Below are positions 23,981 through 37,071 of a stretch of 64,000 bases of DNA, one piece after another (the first letter of the stretch is position 1; the number at the start of each line of letters is the position of its first letter). The notes beneath the pieces are model-generated. The model saw only the letters and a list, made by a program, of their open reading frames with translations, was not told where the DNA came from and made no database searches. The stretch covers positions 29,881,648-29,945,647 of the forward strand of contig NC_092673.1 of NCBI RefSeq assembly GCF_964355755.1. Direction: 5' to 3'. Origin of the DNA: Antedon mediterranea. Lineage: Eukaryota > Animalia > Echinodermata. A program made the position numbers and the translations under genes.

Positions 23981-26636
23981 ATGGTAAGTATTTTCTGTGT
24001 TTATTTGCATGACTTGATATTGATAACCATCCTAATATACTTCAATTATTGTTCTTGACTTAGAGTTTCTTTTAATACTATATTAATTAAGTGTCATCCC
24101 AGAGCTTGCCTCAGAAACTCCTCCTAGGCCTACTACTCTAGTAGTAAGTAGTAGGTAGGCCCAGTAGTAGAAGTTTATAGAGGGCCTGAGGCCCAGTGAT
24201 AGGCCTACTCAACCCTAACATTTTTCTATTAAGTATTTACTAGGCCCTATATTGTTGTTTTCGATTTTTTGACTTTTAATTCATCATTGTAGAGCATTTT
24301 GCTTATATGTCATTGACTCATTGTCATTTTTATCAACAATTGCCTTTTGAAATTATTGTTTTCCATTAAAATAATTAATATTAATAAATAAGAAGTACAA
24401 AAAGAACAGACAGTTCGTTGAGTAGTACTACTGTACTAACCTTAGGCCTATGACTAGATATAAGTCGTGTCTCATTCGTAGTAAATTTAAGTAGGCCTAT
24501 ATTAATTATTTAATGTTTTTCATGCTTTTCTGATGTAACATCTTTTTTTTGTAGCTACAATATTCAAAATGTGTATGCATGAATGTGTTTTTTTTTCTAG
24601 GGTCTTTTGGATTTATTACGAAGAATGAATGCCCAGCCTTCTAAAGAGCTAAAAGTGTTACTGCTTGGCTTGGATAATGCTGGCAAGACAACGATATTAA
24701 AAGCACTTGCTGGGGAAGATTACACCAAGATAACCCCAACTCAAGGATTCAATATTAAAAGTGTCAACACAAAAAAATGGAAATTAAATGTCTGGGACAT
24801 TGGAGGTATCTTCATGTTTAAATGACTGACATTATTAACTGTCAAAATATCATCATTAAATCCTTAGATATCAGAATCTGTATCATATCATCAATTTATC
24901 AAACACCAGTAACTACCAACCACTATCATTCTTATAATATCAAATTAAAAAGAAATCATCTCATAACGGCTTGTTTAATGGGTTTTAATTTATAAAGCGC
25001 AAAAAAAGTCTTGAAGCTCTGAGAAACAATTGAAAAGAGGAGGTCAAAGTTTATACTGAAGATAGTATTGAGTTTACTGTATGCCCTAATTTTATATATA
25101 ATAGTTTTATGAATAAAACTAAAGAGTGCCCTAACATCACCATTGGTCTGTCAACCAAACATTAATTTTGTATTTAAAATATTGACTATAAAATTATCTT
25201 AATTTGTAATTTAGGACAAAGAAAAATCCGTCCCTACTGGAAGAATTATTTTGACAACATTAATGTGCTGATATATGTTGTAGACAGTGCTGATACACCC
25301 AGAATGGAGGAGGCTGGCTTTGTAAGTGTCGTTAAAATACAAAATAAACTGGAACTAATAACATAATGTAAATTATTAGTGCATAATTTGATGAAAAGAT
25401 ATCCAAATTGAATGTCATACTGTGAATAATACTAAAGCTCTGTCTACACTATCAAACTTTATGTGACAAATGTGATGTGCCCATATATGGACATGATGAT
25501 GTCATATCACTACCATGGGCACATCACACTTTTTTTTGACAAACTAGTTTGATAGTATAGAATATAATTAATTCACCTGAAAATCATACAAGGAATTGTA
25601 ACAACATTTTTATTTTACATGTGTTATTATTTACAGGAGTTGAACGAACTTATATCAGAAGAAAAGTTGGCTGGTGTTCCAGTTCTTGTGTTTGCTAATA
25701 AACAAGATCTGCCGTTGGCCAAGAAAGCTTCAGATGTTTCAAAAACATTATTATTAACAGATATTAGGGATCGTCAGTGGCAGATTCAGGCATGTTCTGC
25801 CCACACCACAGAAGGACTTGAGGTTTGTATTTGATCATTAGACACAATCTTTTAAAAGGGACTGTAAAGCTCTGTCTGCACTTGAATACCTCGCAGAGTT
25901 AGGCAGACATCTAGACATTTTTTTTTTCTCTTTTGTGGCGTGAACCACCACCTTTATTCTTTCATATCATAATTAAATACATTACAAATAAATCGGTAAT
26001 ATCTGTCTTCATATGTTCTTTCTTTAATTATATTGTTTTCCGTTAATATTCTACATTTTTCTTTATATTTTTCTGCTCAAAAAAAAATATCAGTAATTTT
26101 TGTAAATTTTAGTTTTTCACATATTGTTTCTAATATTATCCTCCTGCTTTCATGGTTTGTTATTATTCACATTGTACACAGACAATATACATACCGTATT
26201 GTTTCATACCCTTTTAATTCATACCATTTATATACATCTTATAGACATTATATACAAAGATATAAAACAACGTTTAAAAAAAAAAGAAAAAAAAAAAAAA
26301 CATCTAGACATTCTAAAATCATTCTTAAGCTCTGTCTACACTATCAAACTAGTTGGACAAAATTATGTGCCCAAATATGGTAGTGATATCGCACATCCCC
26401 TTTTTTTTGTGTCAAACTTGTTTGATAGTGTAAACAGAGCATAACAGACTAATCTTTAAAATATTGTTAACGTGGACAGCTTAAAGGCATGTGGCACAAT
26501 GTGCTGCCACCTATCTTTGTAGCTACAATATGATGCCTACAGTATGTAGTAAATGTAATGTATATATTTTTTTTTTTTTTCTATACAGAAAGGTATGGAA
26601 TGGGCTGTTACTACAACTAGTGCAAAAAAAAAGTGA
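23981..26636 (+). CDS. ARL3: ADP-ribosylation factor-like GTPase 3, copy B (tandem paralogue)
   Basis: ATG-only exon 23981-23983, then 24601-24805, 25215-25321, 25637-25822, 26589-26636. Same exon structure as copy A, open frame, ends SAKKK-stop. Confidence 0.92.
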
Positions 26637-27202
26637 ATTACTGTAGGAGAAATAGAACAGTCGTGAAGAGAATATATGACAAAATAAAATCATCTTGAAA
26701 CGCAAAAACTTGACTGAAAATTATATACTTTATGAAAGATAAGCTGAGAATTCAAATTGTTGCTGTAAAATCTTTAAAAAACATTCAACTTTGATACAGT
26801 ACTGGAACGTTGTTTACAGATTTGTATATACACCTTAATCACTTTAAACTATAATGTGCATATTTTACAGGTTTAATTCAGCAGAGATAATTTAATGAAT
26901 GAATGCTTTTTGAGGAACACTAAAAATGATTAAATATTTAGCCAGCACTCAAATTTAATTTATCAACAAATTGAACTAGTTCAATATAATATTTTCCATT
27001 CCAAGCTTTATGAATTTGTGTAAATAACAAAGAATACTTAAAACAACATGTTATTCCTGTTGTATTTTTGTAAAGCTTCTGCCAATTTTAATTGTCCATT
27101 AAGTAGCACCTTGAAATTATTAGTAGCGTACTTACTGTATTAACTGTGACTGTATGTTGCGTACTTAAAGAAATTAAAATCACACTGCACTACCTTTGCT
27201 AA

Positions 27203-27338
27203 AGCTCTGTTTACACTATCAAACTGTATGTGACAAAAAATGTTATGTGCCCATACATGGTGATGTCATATCACTACCATCTGGGCACATCACACTTTTT
27301 TTGTCAAACTAGTTTGATAGTGTAGAGAGATAAGAGCT
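27203..27338. mobile_element. Harbinger-like MITE copy
   Basis: Same family as 10091-10241. Confidence 0.75.
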
Positions 27339-28776
27339 TTAGAATAATTATTTCAGTAAATTCACTTTCATTTTGTGTATTTAAGTGATTTAATACTGAT
27401 TTTTATGTTGTAGGAAAAACTATATATGTCATTGATTCTGAATAGTGGTGTTTTTCCAAAGTATAATAATATCTGAGACAAAAAATTGATTAATTGCTGC
27501 CCTAACACAAGCTATAATGCATCAAGCCCATAGCCAGGATTTCTATTTTTACAGGGGGTTCATTTTTTCAAAAAGGGCAAAATTTGCTACTAGTTTGGAA
27601 AGGGCGCTTAAGGGAAAAAACAAGGAATGGCCTATGGGGATTATAAGTAAATTAAAACAATGTCTTATCATACCATGGAGAAATAAGTTAGTTCTCCATG
27701 GTAGTACTCTACACAGTATTTAAACGTGTGTGCTGTGTATGTATAAGATCGGTCTTGTTATAGCTCTGTTAACACTATCAAACTAGTTTCATCAAATAGT
27801 GTTATGTTCCCAAATATGGTAGTGATATGACATCACATTGTTTTGTCACATAAAGTTTGATAGTGTAGACAGAGCTTAAGAATGTTAGTAATATTAATCT
27901 TACCCACCAGTAATAATAGATGAATTGTTATCAAATATAACATTCCATTAGACATTTTTTTTTGTACACTACTTTATAGATTATGTAATTTATTTATAAT
28001 TTAAAAATTACCTTGCAAAAATGTTGATTAAAATGTGAGATTTTAATGTACAGTATGTTTTTTTATCATTGAATCACAAAATACAATATACAAATTGTTA
28101 TTTTATGTACACTTTAATATTGCAGTAAACAACTCAAAATACAGTATATTAATTAATATACTTATAAAACATTTATATTACAATACAGTACAGTATATGA
28201 CTTGAGAATAATCCCATGAGGCTAAACTTGGACATCCACAATGTAATCCGTGTGTAAGCCCCCTGGGATTATACTTGGTCTTACTTGGTACTACGTATTA
28301 TGTAAATGTTTATTTCCGAGTGGAAACATTCACAGCACAAGAAACCCACTGTTATATTAACATTTTATTATACTATAATTAATTTATAATCTTTAGAACA
28401 TATTTGACTAAATTGAAAATAACAATCAGCTTTTGATCACAATAAACATATTCATTAATAAGTTATTAATTAATGACTTTAATACAATTTTTATTTTTTT
28501 GTAAATAAATTGCATGAAATATAATTAAACATCATTCTGTTGCCATAGTGAACTGCTTTAAAATAGAAATGCAACATTTATGAAAGTCTAAAAATAAATT
28601 AGTTTACTGAAAATATTAATTTAATTAAGTATCATTGTAGTATTTGTATTAATGCATATCAAACATGTATAGCTTATGAAATATCACAACAAATATCTTT
28701 AACATTGCAAATAACATTCCTGCTTTTAATGGATTTGGTTGATTTGTGCGTTAACCATTAGCGATGATGAAATACT

Positions 28777-31700
28777 TTACATTTTAATACTGTTGATAAC
28801 AGCAGTTGTAAAGTCTGTACTTGTAGCGTAACCACCTATGTCTTGTGTTCTAACCTAGAAATGAAATATAAATTATTTGTTGAATTCCTGCTGTAGTATA
28901 AAATATCACTACATTTAAAACTGTTATTTATTTATATTGGGTATTCTCTTCAGTAAAAATAACTGTTCTCCCAGAAGACCCAGTACACAATTCACAATAA
29001 AATTACAAAACAATTTAAAACAAACCAATGATACAAATACAAAAACTATAAAAAAAGGAATAAAATACCACCTCACCCACCCCACATTCTAAATTATCCA
29101 CCATCTGTATACCAGATCTGAGTACCACTAAAAATAAATCTTCTTCTACTAGATTCAGTTCTAGCCTTGGGTAATAATAACTTACCATTAGAAATGAACC
29201 TGGTAGAATAATTATTAACATCATGATCTAATTTAAAACTTAATAGTTGATGGCCAGGAATTAACCACACAAGCATTAAAAAATGAGTAGATATCTTTGT
29301 TTTTTAGATAAACTTAGAAACAATCTTAGGGTTTACTTTTCTAAACATCCAAGATACCCCCAATTCCAAAATGCCATAAATTAAAAGGGTAAAAAGGTTC
29401 ACAGCCTTGTCACTTCCCCCTTCCCCTCATCATTACAAACTATTTAATTTACCTTTCCAGCCTTCAGAACTCTCTCAACAGCATCAATTATTAATCTTGC
29501 ATGGAAGTCTAAACTGTAGATATAAATTAAATCAATTCAGCATCACAAAAATCATTACTTTGTATTAAAATAATCAATTATTCCATACAACTATTGTTTA
29601 AATGATTTATACTTGTTCATATTCTGTATTTAATGTCTTCATAGAAAACAAAGACATTTTGGTTGTCAACAAATCAGATTAAAACGATACATATTCATAA
29701 ATGGAAGAAAAAAATGACAAGTTTTAAAGAGAATATAAAGAGAAGATAAAAATCTTAAAAAGTTAAAATCGTATTGTTACAAATTACATTCTAGAGACAC
29801 CGGTGTTAAAAATATGAATAGAGTTTGGCACAAACAACTTTCTAAAGCGGCATCGCACATTATGTGGTGGACTAAGTCTAATACCAGACCTATTTAGGTT
29901 ATAAAACAGATTGTATGTGTGTGGAGTATAAGTTAAAATATGATGAAACTTTCCCACATATGTATATTGGTTAAACGTGAATGCAGACGACATTTATATA
30001 TCAGGATGATATTGATAAAAAATAAAATGATTGTTAAAACTGCTTACTTCATATGTTTTAGCATATTAGCTGAGCATAGAAGCATAGCTGTGGGGTTGGC
30101 AATGTTACGTCCAACTGCACCTGTGAATGTGTGTCTTGCACCCTTCAAAACAAATACAGATTAAGAAGAAATTAAACAACATATTTTACACATCAAGACT
30201 ATATTCATGTACATTCCACATACAACTTGTTTACATTTTTTAAGATACATAGATAGATATATCTTCCTGTATCACTAGCAAAATCTGTGATACAGAATCT
30301 TACCTTAACCTTTCATGATACAGGCGCCACATGTGATACACATACGATCCTGTATTATGGAATTTGCCTATAATACTGAACATATTTCCATACATGGAGA
30401 TACAGCACTGACAACTATACTTACTGGTTCAAATATTGCATATTCATTAGAAAAACTCTCGCCTGGGACCAGCCCGGCACCACCGACCAATCCGACAGTT
30501 AAATTATCAACAATGTTGCCATAGAGATTAGGCGTTACCATGACATCAAACTGGTGAGGGTTAGAGACTAGCTGCATACAAGTGTTGTCAACAATCATTG
30601 ATTCAAATTTAATCTTTGGATACAATTCTGAAACATCCCTACAACTTTCTAAAAATAAACCATCTGCTAGCTTCCTGTGAAGAAGAGAAATAAGGACAAT
30701 CAAACGTAACTAATTCCGCTAGCTTCCTTTGAAGAAGAGAAATAAGGACAATCAAACGTAAATACATTGTTGAAATTTAATATAATTTTACCAAAGCTCT
30801 AGAGTTTATAGGGTTATCCTCATGCTCTCATCCTGTCATTTGTATATTTGTAATATTGTATTTGATGAATGAGCAAAAAAAAAAAAAATGCAAAGAGCGA
30901 CAGAGGGCGTGCTATTTAGTATCTTGGCCCTTATTGGACGATACAGATTATATTAATTAAGCTTTATGGCCATCACAAATTTATTGAAAAAATTCACTTT
31001 TCCTGAAAATCAATAGACATAATCACTTAGTTTAGAGTTATTTGCAATAAAAAACAGGATGATCAGTTGAAAATTACGAACGTACAAAGCAAGTAATATG
31101 CTTTTTTATCATAATACTTAACATTCAGTTATTCAATTCAACAACATCAATAATTTCTATCAATGATAAACAATACAATAAAAAATGGTAATATATAATG
31201 AAACAATACAATACAATACCATTAACGAGGATCTTGAAAGAAGAAATTTCTTGTCATGCAAGACCCAAAAATGTAAATGTATGTTTATTGTTTCTAAATT
31301 TATGATTTTATGGCTGTGAGATGAGCCTTGTGTAAATACATAAAATAAACAACATAGCATTTATAGCACAATTTTACTTACATGATATTTGCCTTGTGTA
31401 CTGCAGTGACTTTCTTTCTATCATGTTTAGTTGCATAATCAAAAGCAAATTTGGCAATTCTTTTGCTGTTTTCTCTTGTGATTACTTTTAAACATTCAAT
31501 CACTCCCGGTACGCTCTGACAAAATACAAAAGCACATTTAACATTCTCTGTACTGAAATGTTTGTTTTGTTTTATATATTTAGGCAAATTGCCATGGATA
31601 ACCAAAAGCGAAATCATTCACTATCCTTCTTTAAGGTGGCAATCCTATTCAAGAGAAACATACACAAGATGCTCTATAAATACAAGTCTTTAGGAGTGGA

Positions 31701-33996
31701 GTTGTAATTTGTCATTAGAAAATGACATGACAGGATTTGAACCCTGGACCCTTGGATTGGTAGCCAGAATTTGTAAAAATTATTTTTTCAGGGGGACAAT
31801 ACATCTTTAAGTATTGTTTATATTTATTTGATACAATTATATTAGTAGTTTTAATTTTGTTCTGGTGATACCAGGCTTAAAGCTTTCTTGAGCTTACTTG
31901 GTCTTCTCAAGGCTTTGTATCTTTTACCTATTACTTTGAATTAATCTGTAATTTATGTGATGAATTGGGAAATAAAACAAACGAATGAATGAAAAGAAAA
32001 CCCATTCCTACCTCATGCTCCAAAGCACTGTACTCGCCTTCAATTTGTTCTCTGATAACAACCACATCTAGGTTACTATGCCTGTTTTTAATACCTGGCA
32101 AGGACTTGCATTTCACCACATTTGCAAATACATCTAATTCACGTCTGGAGAATAAACATATGTACAAGATAACATTTTTACCATAATTTATTAAAAAGGA
32201 AAAAAAATGGTAATTTTGCTTGTAAGAAATCAATCAGTTAACTAGATGATGTTTTTTGGGAATGGGCGATGATGATTTATTCTAATTGGTCAGATGTTTT
32301 GATTTAATATTTATTATACCCAAGAATTACTGAGCATTCAGTACAATTGCCATGAGAGCAAGGAAAAACATCTAACCAATTAACTTAGCTTAAAAATGCG
32401 AACCTAATTTAATCAGCAATGATGACTGTTGCTGTAATTTTTATAAAGTTCAAAGTTTTATATTTATTATATTTGTTTATTTTTTTGGTAAAAATATTGT
32501 GAATAAACAAACAAACAAACAATTGACAAACTCTCTACTGTTTTACCTGAGTTTCATGTTTAGTGTTTGTAGCTCTCCAGGTCCACCTGCTGGAGTATGG
32601 ATGATTCCTTTAAGACACACATGGTTTTGCCTGAGTGATTCAACAACTTCATTTAACGTTGCTCCATGAGATTGCACTTCACTGAAAAAAAAAGCAATGC
32701 TTAAAACTAGTTTGACAAAAAAGTGTGATGTGCCCAAATATGGTAGTGATATGCCCAAATATGATAGTGGCATGACATCATCATGTCACATAAAGTTTGA
32801 TAGTGTAGAAAGAGATTTAGTTTAATTGCTTCAGAATCAGAAACATTTATTGATCTCCTAATGGAGAAATTCATTTGCTCAGAGTTTAAAACATTAAAAT
32901 ATAAAAAGTTCTGTACATAATAGTAATTATGTACTATATAAAATAGATATTTCATTATAAAAATACGTATAAAAAGTGTAAAAACATATATAAAGATATA
33001 AAACATACTGTCCATACACACAATATTTTGCTAAGGAAAGAAAGAAAAAACAATATTGATTTCATTACCTGAGATGATATTCTTCAAAATCTACTGGTGC
33101 TCCAATTTGTTTGAAAACCTCTTTGACTGCTTGCATTAGCTCTGGGCCTACTCCATCTCCAGGTATCAATGTCACTGTCCTCCTTCCTTCTGACTTTGGT
33201 ATAGGTTCAGTCTGTGTAAACATGGAGAAATTTATTTCTCCATGGTGTAAACAATTGGGTTTTTTCCTACTTTATAACATTGTATATATACTTCTCTTAT
33301 TAATGCATTTTATACAAGATGTTTCTTGGGATTTTTTGCAATGATCTTATTTATAATAACAACTGTTATACAATGACATTTTTCTTCAGAACTAATTGCC
33401 TTATTATATGCAACTTACAAAATAGTATAGTAATACAAAAAGATCATTTGTTTTTAACATAAATAATAGTAATACATTTTTATTATTAACACTTACCACA
33501 GGATGAAATAATGCTGCAGTTGTAGATGCATGACAGTTTAACTCAAGTCTACTTTTCGATGTACCCTATAAAAATTAATAAATGACAATAAACATTGTAA
33601 CAATTAAAAAAACAATCAATCAATCAATTGTCAAATATTAAAATATTGTTTATTATTTTATATATTTATATACTACAGAAAGAAAATGTAAGCTTAGTTA
33701 ATTATAGAAAATTTGAAAATTTGAAGGTGCTCTGCCTACTTTAAACTTGGGCGTTTCTTCTAGCTAGACCTTCCTTGTGTAGTTTACTCAATGAATACGG
33801 ATAAAATGGATGGGTACGAAAGGTATGGTACGGCATAAATAGCGCCGGATAGTTTGCCAGGTCAGGCTAGCTCAATCACAAAGTAGGCCTAACAAATACC
33901 CTAATAAAAGAATTATTTAGAAATGATTGCAAAAACTACCACCACAATGATGTTATAACTTACTTTTAATATCAGGCGACAACAGTTTCTAAGCAT
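28777..33996 (-). CDS. IDH3B: NAD-dependent isocitrate dehydrogenase subunit beta, mitochondrial
   Basis: Exons 33964-33996, 33497-33565, 33069-33211, 32547-32681, 32012-32144, 31382-31515, 30425-30674, 30048-30142, 29453-29513, 28777-28854. Motifs [70 protein letters not shown]. Arg/Lys-rich N-terminal presequence. Confidence 0.95.
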
Positions 33997-34436
33997 GTTG
34001 CTTATTAAATAATATAGTTTTCTTCTATCAAAATCAGACGGAACAAACCTCTTCTTTTTCTCCTCTTTGTATTTCTTCTCTCAGAGTCAAGAGATGAATT
34101 GAATTGAAGAGCCGAACGACAAGAGAGGTCGCTGTTACCAAAAGTCGATACCATTATATTGTAAGGTTGTTTAAAACGTCTGCAAATTTCTCTTACGACA
34201 TTAAACTGTAAAACTACACATTTTTTATTAAGTAACAATAACACTAAATAGTCATAAAATGGCTTCATAATTATTTGTTAGGCTTAAATAGGTAACTGCA
34301 CATATGGTAAATCTCTCTTCCAGAAAATGTGTCCTCATGGAAATAGTAATAGTTAGGCCCTTGTGTCGCGCTTGAGTGATTTCCAAAACCACATAAAAAC
34401 AACAAAAAAGTAAAATCAATCAACTTAGTTGTAAAA
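33997..34436. promoter_or_regulatory. Bidirectional promoter IDH3B (-) / AhpD-like gene (+)
   Basis: Divergent ATGs about 440 bp apart; CpG-containing spacer. Confidence 0.55.
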
Positions 34437-36912
34437 ATGTTACGCACAATTTATCGGATTGCGTGTCGATCTAATAATAATATTATTCACTCATTGGTAA
34501 GAAATTATTAATTAGTTATGACTGTTGTAGTTTTACTGTACTACATACTACTACCCTACTTATAATATTAATATAAATATAGACCTCTCTATCTAGCTAG
34601 GCCTAGGCCTATCTATGGCCAACAGTTCAAGTTCAATGAGTTCTAAGGATTAAGGGAAGGCATTGTATGACGTTAACTACGTCACTGACTACAACATACA
34701 ACGTTTTTTTTCCTATTATATTATTATAACTATCAATACTGTATATGTTGTGGGTTCAACTGTCACATCAGCACTTTATATCTATCCACCTCCTTATCCA
34801 GTGTCATTATGATATTATTATTATTAATAAATATTAATTTGTACAACTAGGCCCTATTATACAATAGAATGTAATTTTTTGATCCAATGAACAACTTAAA
34901 GATGTATTGTCCCTTGAAACACAACAAATGAAGGTCAAAATATTCTAAATTTAATTTGCCATATCAAAGTAATAATAAAAGTCGAAAATTCGAGCCAAAA
35001 ACAATAAGTTTACGTAATTAACAGGTAAATTAATTTGATTACATTTCGTCTAAAAAATCGTCACGAACGAAAGTAAACAAAGATTTCAAACCATGAGTAT
35101 GCATTATGAGAAAGTGCTTTCACACAGATCGCGAGGAAGAGGAGAGCCAAACAAGCGCTTTGCATTATGAGATATGTTTTGATCGAAAACTTTGAATGGA
35201 AGTCAAAGTTATTTCAGTTAAATGATTTTTTTTTCGACTAATTTTTGGTGAAATTTAATAACTACTATGATACTTCAAAATGACCCACTTTTTTCGAAAT
35301 CTTTTTTTAAATTTTTTGGACAATATATCTTTAAAATAACTAGACAGTACAATATAGTAGAAACAGGTGTATTAAAAAGTTTTAATTATTGCAGCATACT
35401 CCAGCACCTCTGTATAGATGTTTGAAAGACGTTTGTGCTGCTGGTCCATGGCGCATTATTGGTAAGAGTCGAGGAATGTGCAGCAGCAAACCAATAAGCC
35501 GTTACCCAATACCTAATAAGGAGAAGTTGGATCCGGATATGAAAACAAGAATGGATGAAGTTGAGGAAAAGGTCTATTCTTTGTATATTTACATTTTCTT
35601 AATGTTATATTTTGTAATTTTAATTAATAATTTTGTGTGTTTAGACTTCATAAATGATCTGTACTAAATATGCCATAAGTTAATATTCTGTAAAATGGTT
35701 ATGCATCATATAAAAGTAGGTAACTTTTAGTCACAATTTTGTTATAAATTTTATTCAGGTTGATAAAGATATGCTAGTAGTAATACAGGCATTCCTTGTT
35801 ACTTGTCATTCACAACATATACTTTATATACTTTTACAGACTAAGTTTGTACCAAATGTATTCAAAGCATTGGCTCACCGACCCGATGAGTTCCGTGCTT
35901 TCTTCGATTATTATGATGCTTTGATGATGAAAGAGACTGGTTCCCTTACAAAAGCTGATAAAGAACTAATTGTCATAGCAACAAGTGCATACAACAACTG
36001 CCAGTATTGTGTCGTATCCCACAGTGCATTGCATAGAATTTTTTCTAAAAATCCTATTATTGCAGATCAGGTAACTTTTATTTAAATTAGTAGCTCAAAA
36101 ATAGAGAGTCTGTAAGATTATTTTTTGTAAATATATATTTAGGCAAATTTCCAAGGATAACCATAAGTGAATTCATTCACTATCCTAAAGGTAACAATCC
36201 TAATACAAACATATACACAAGATGCTCTACATAAAAACAAAGTCGTATTTACAAGTCTTTGGAAGTGTGGTTATTTACTTGATTTACTTGATGTTAAGAC
36301 TTATGTCATTAGAAAAAAATCCTGACACTGACAGGACTCGAACCCAGAACCCTTGGATTGGTAGCCAAGCTTCATAACCACCAAGCCACAATTTATACAT
36401 ATTGCTCATAATTGCTGTGCGCATCCATACACATGAGGTATCAAAATATCGTAGGCCTACTAATACATCTTCACTTTTTTGTTATGCATCTGAAATACTG
36501 TATGTAATGAAGCATGGTACTGTATATGATAATAGGTAAATAAGATAGGAATCTGATAAAATTTACATTTTTTTAATATTGTCAAGTAATACACACAGAA
36601 AATTAACATACATACCAACAGGTGGCATTACATTTACAACTTTTGCAGGTGGCTGTTAGCTGGGAATGTTCTGACATAGATGATCGACAGAAAGCCATGC
36701 TGGAATTTGCAATGGTAGTTTGCAAATCGGAACCAGTGACTGAAGCTCATTTTGAAGCGTTAGAGAAGCACGGCTTTGATCGGGAAGATGCCTGGGACAT
36801 TGGAGCTATAACAGCACTCTTTGCTTTGTCTAATAGAATGGCACATCTCACTAGTATGAGACCGAATGAAGAGTTTCACCTGATGGGAAGACTTCCAAAA
36901 AAAGTAAAGTAA
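34437..36912 (+). CDS. AhpD/carboxymuconolactone-decarboxylase-like 'peroxidase-related enzyme' with predicted mitochondrial presequence
   Basis: Exons 34437-34496 (MLRTIYRIACRSNNNIIHSL, inferred), 35395-35571, 35840-36070, 36649-36912; all introns phase 0. FVPNVFKALAHRPDEFRAFF, ELIVIATSAYNNCQYCVVSH (CxxC..H motif), ALSNRMAHLTSMRPNEEFHLMGR. Confidence 0.88.
34900..35330. mobile_element. Kolobok-like MITE, copy 1
   Basis: TTAA|AGATGTATTGTCC ... GGACAATATATCT|TTAA; closely similar copy at 45830-46372. Confidence 0.8.
36140..36390 (-). mobile_element. tRNA-derived SINE, family 2
   Basis: Minus strand reads GTGGCTTGGTGG (A box)...GGGTTCGAGTCC (B box). Further copies near 31580-31770 (-), 41190-41345 (+) and 47855-48050 (+). 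Confidence 0.7.
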
Positions 36913-36986
36913 AAAGATATTAATTACACAGTACTATGTTGAGGGTCTTAGGTTAAATGATTTGATTTTTTGCAATGCAGTACATT

Positions 36987-37071
36987 GAGAACCCCACCTC
37001 TGAGAACCCCACCTCTGAGGACCCCACCTCTGAGAACCCCACCTCTGAGAACCCCACCTCTGAGAACCCCA
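36987..37071. repeat. 15-bp minisatellite
   Basis: Unit GAGAACCCCACCTCT, 5-6 copies. Confidence 0.9.

Noticed and set aside
29015-29993. Short ORFs in IDH3B distal introns
   Set aside because: They resemble decayed LINE 3' ends ([18 protein letters not shown]; [15 protein letters not shown]), not host genes.
32240-32340. Box C/D snoRNA-like TGATGA...CTGA
   Set aside because: It lies antisense to the host IDH3B intron, with no convincing terminal stem or recognisable rRNA guide.
34005-34268. 87-aa minus-strand ORF upstream of IDH3B
   Set aside because: It falls in the shared promoter/5' UTR region, has no recognisable similarity and is of a length expected by chance.
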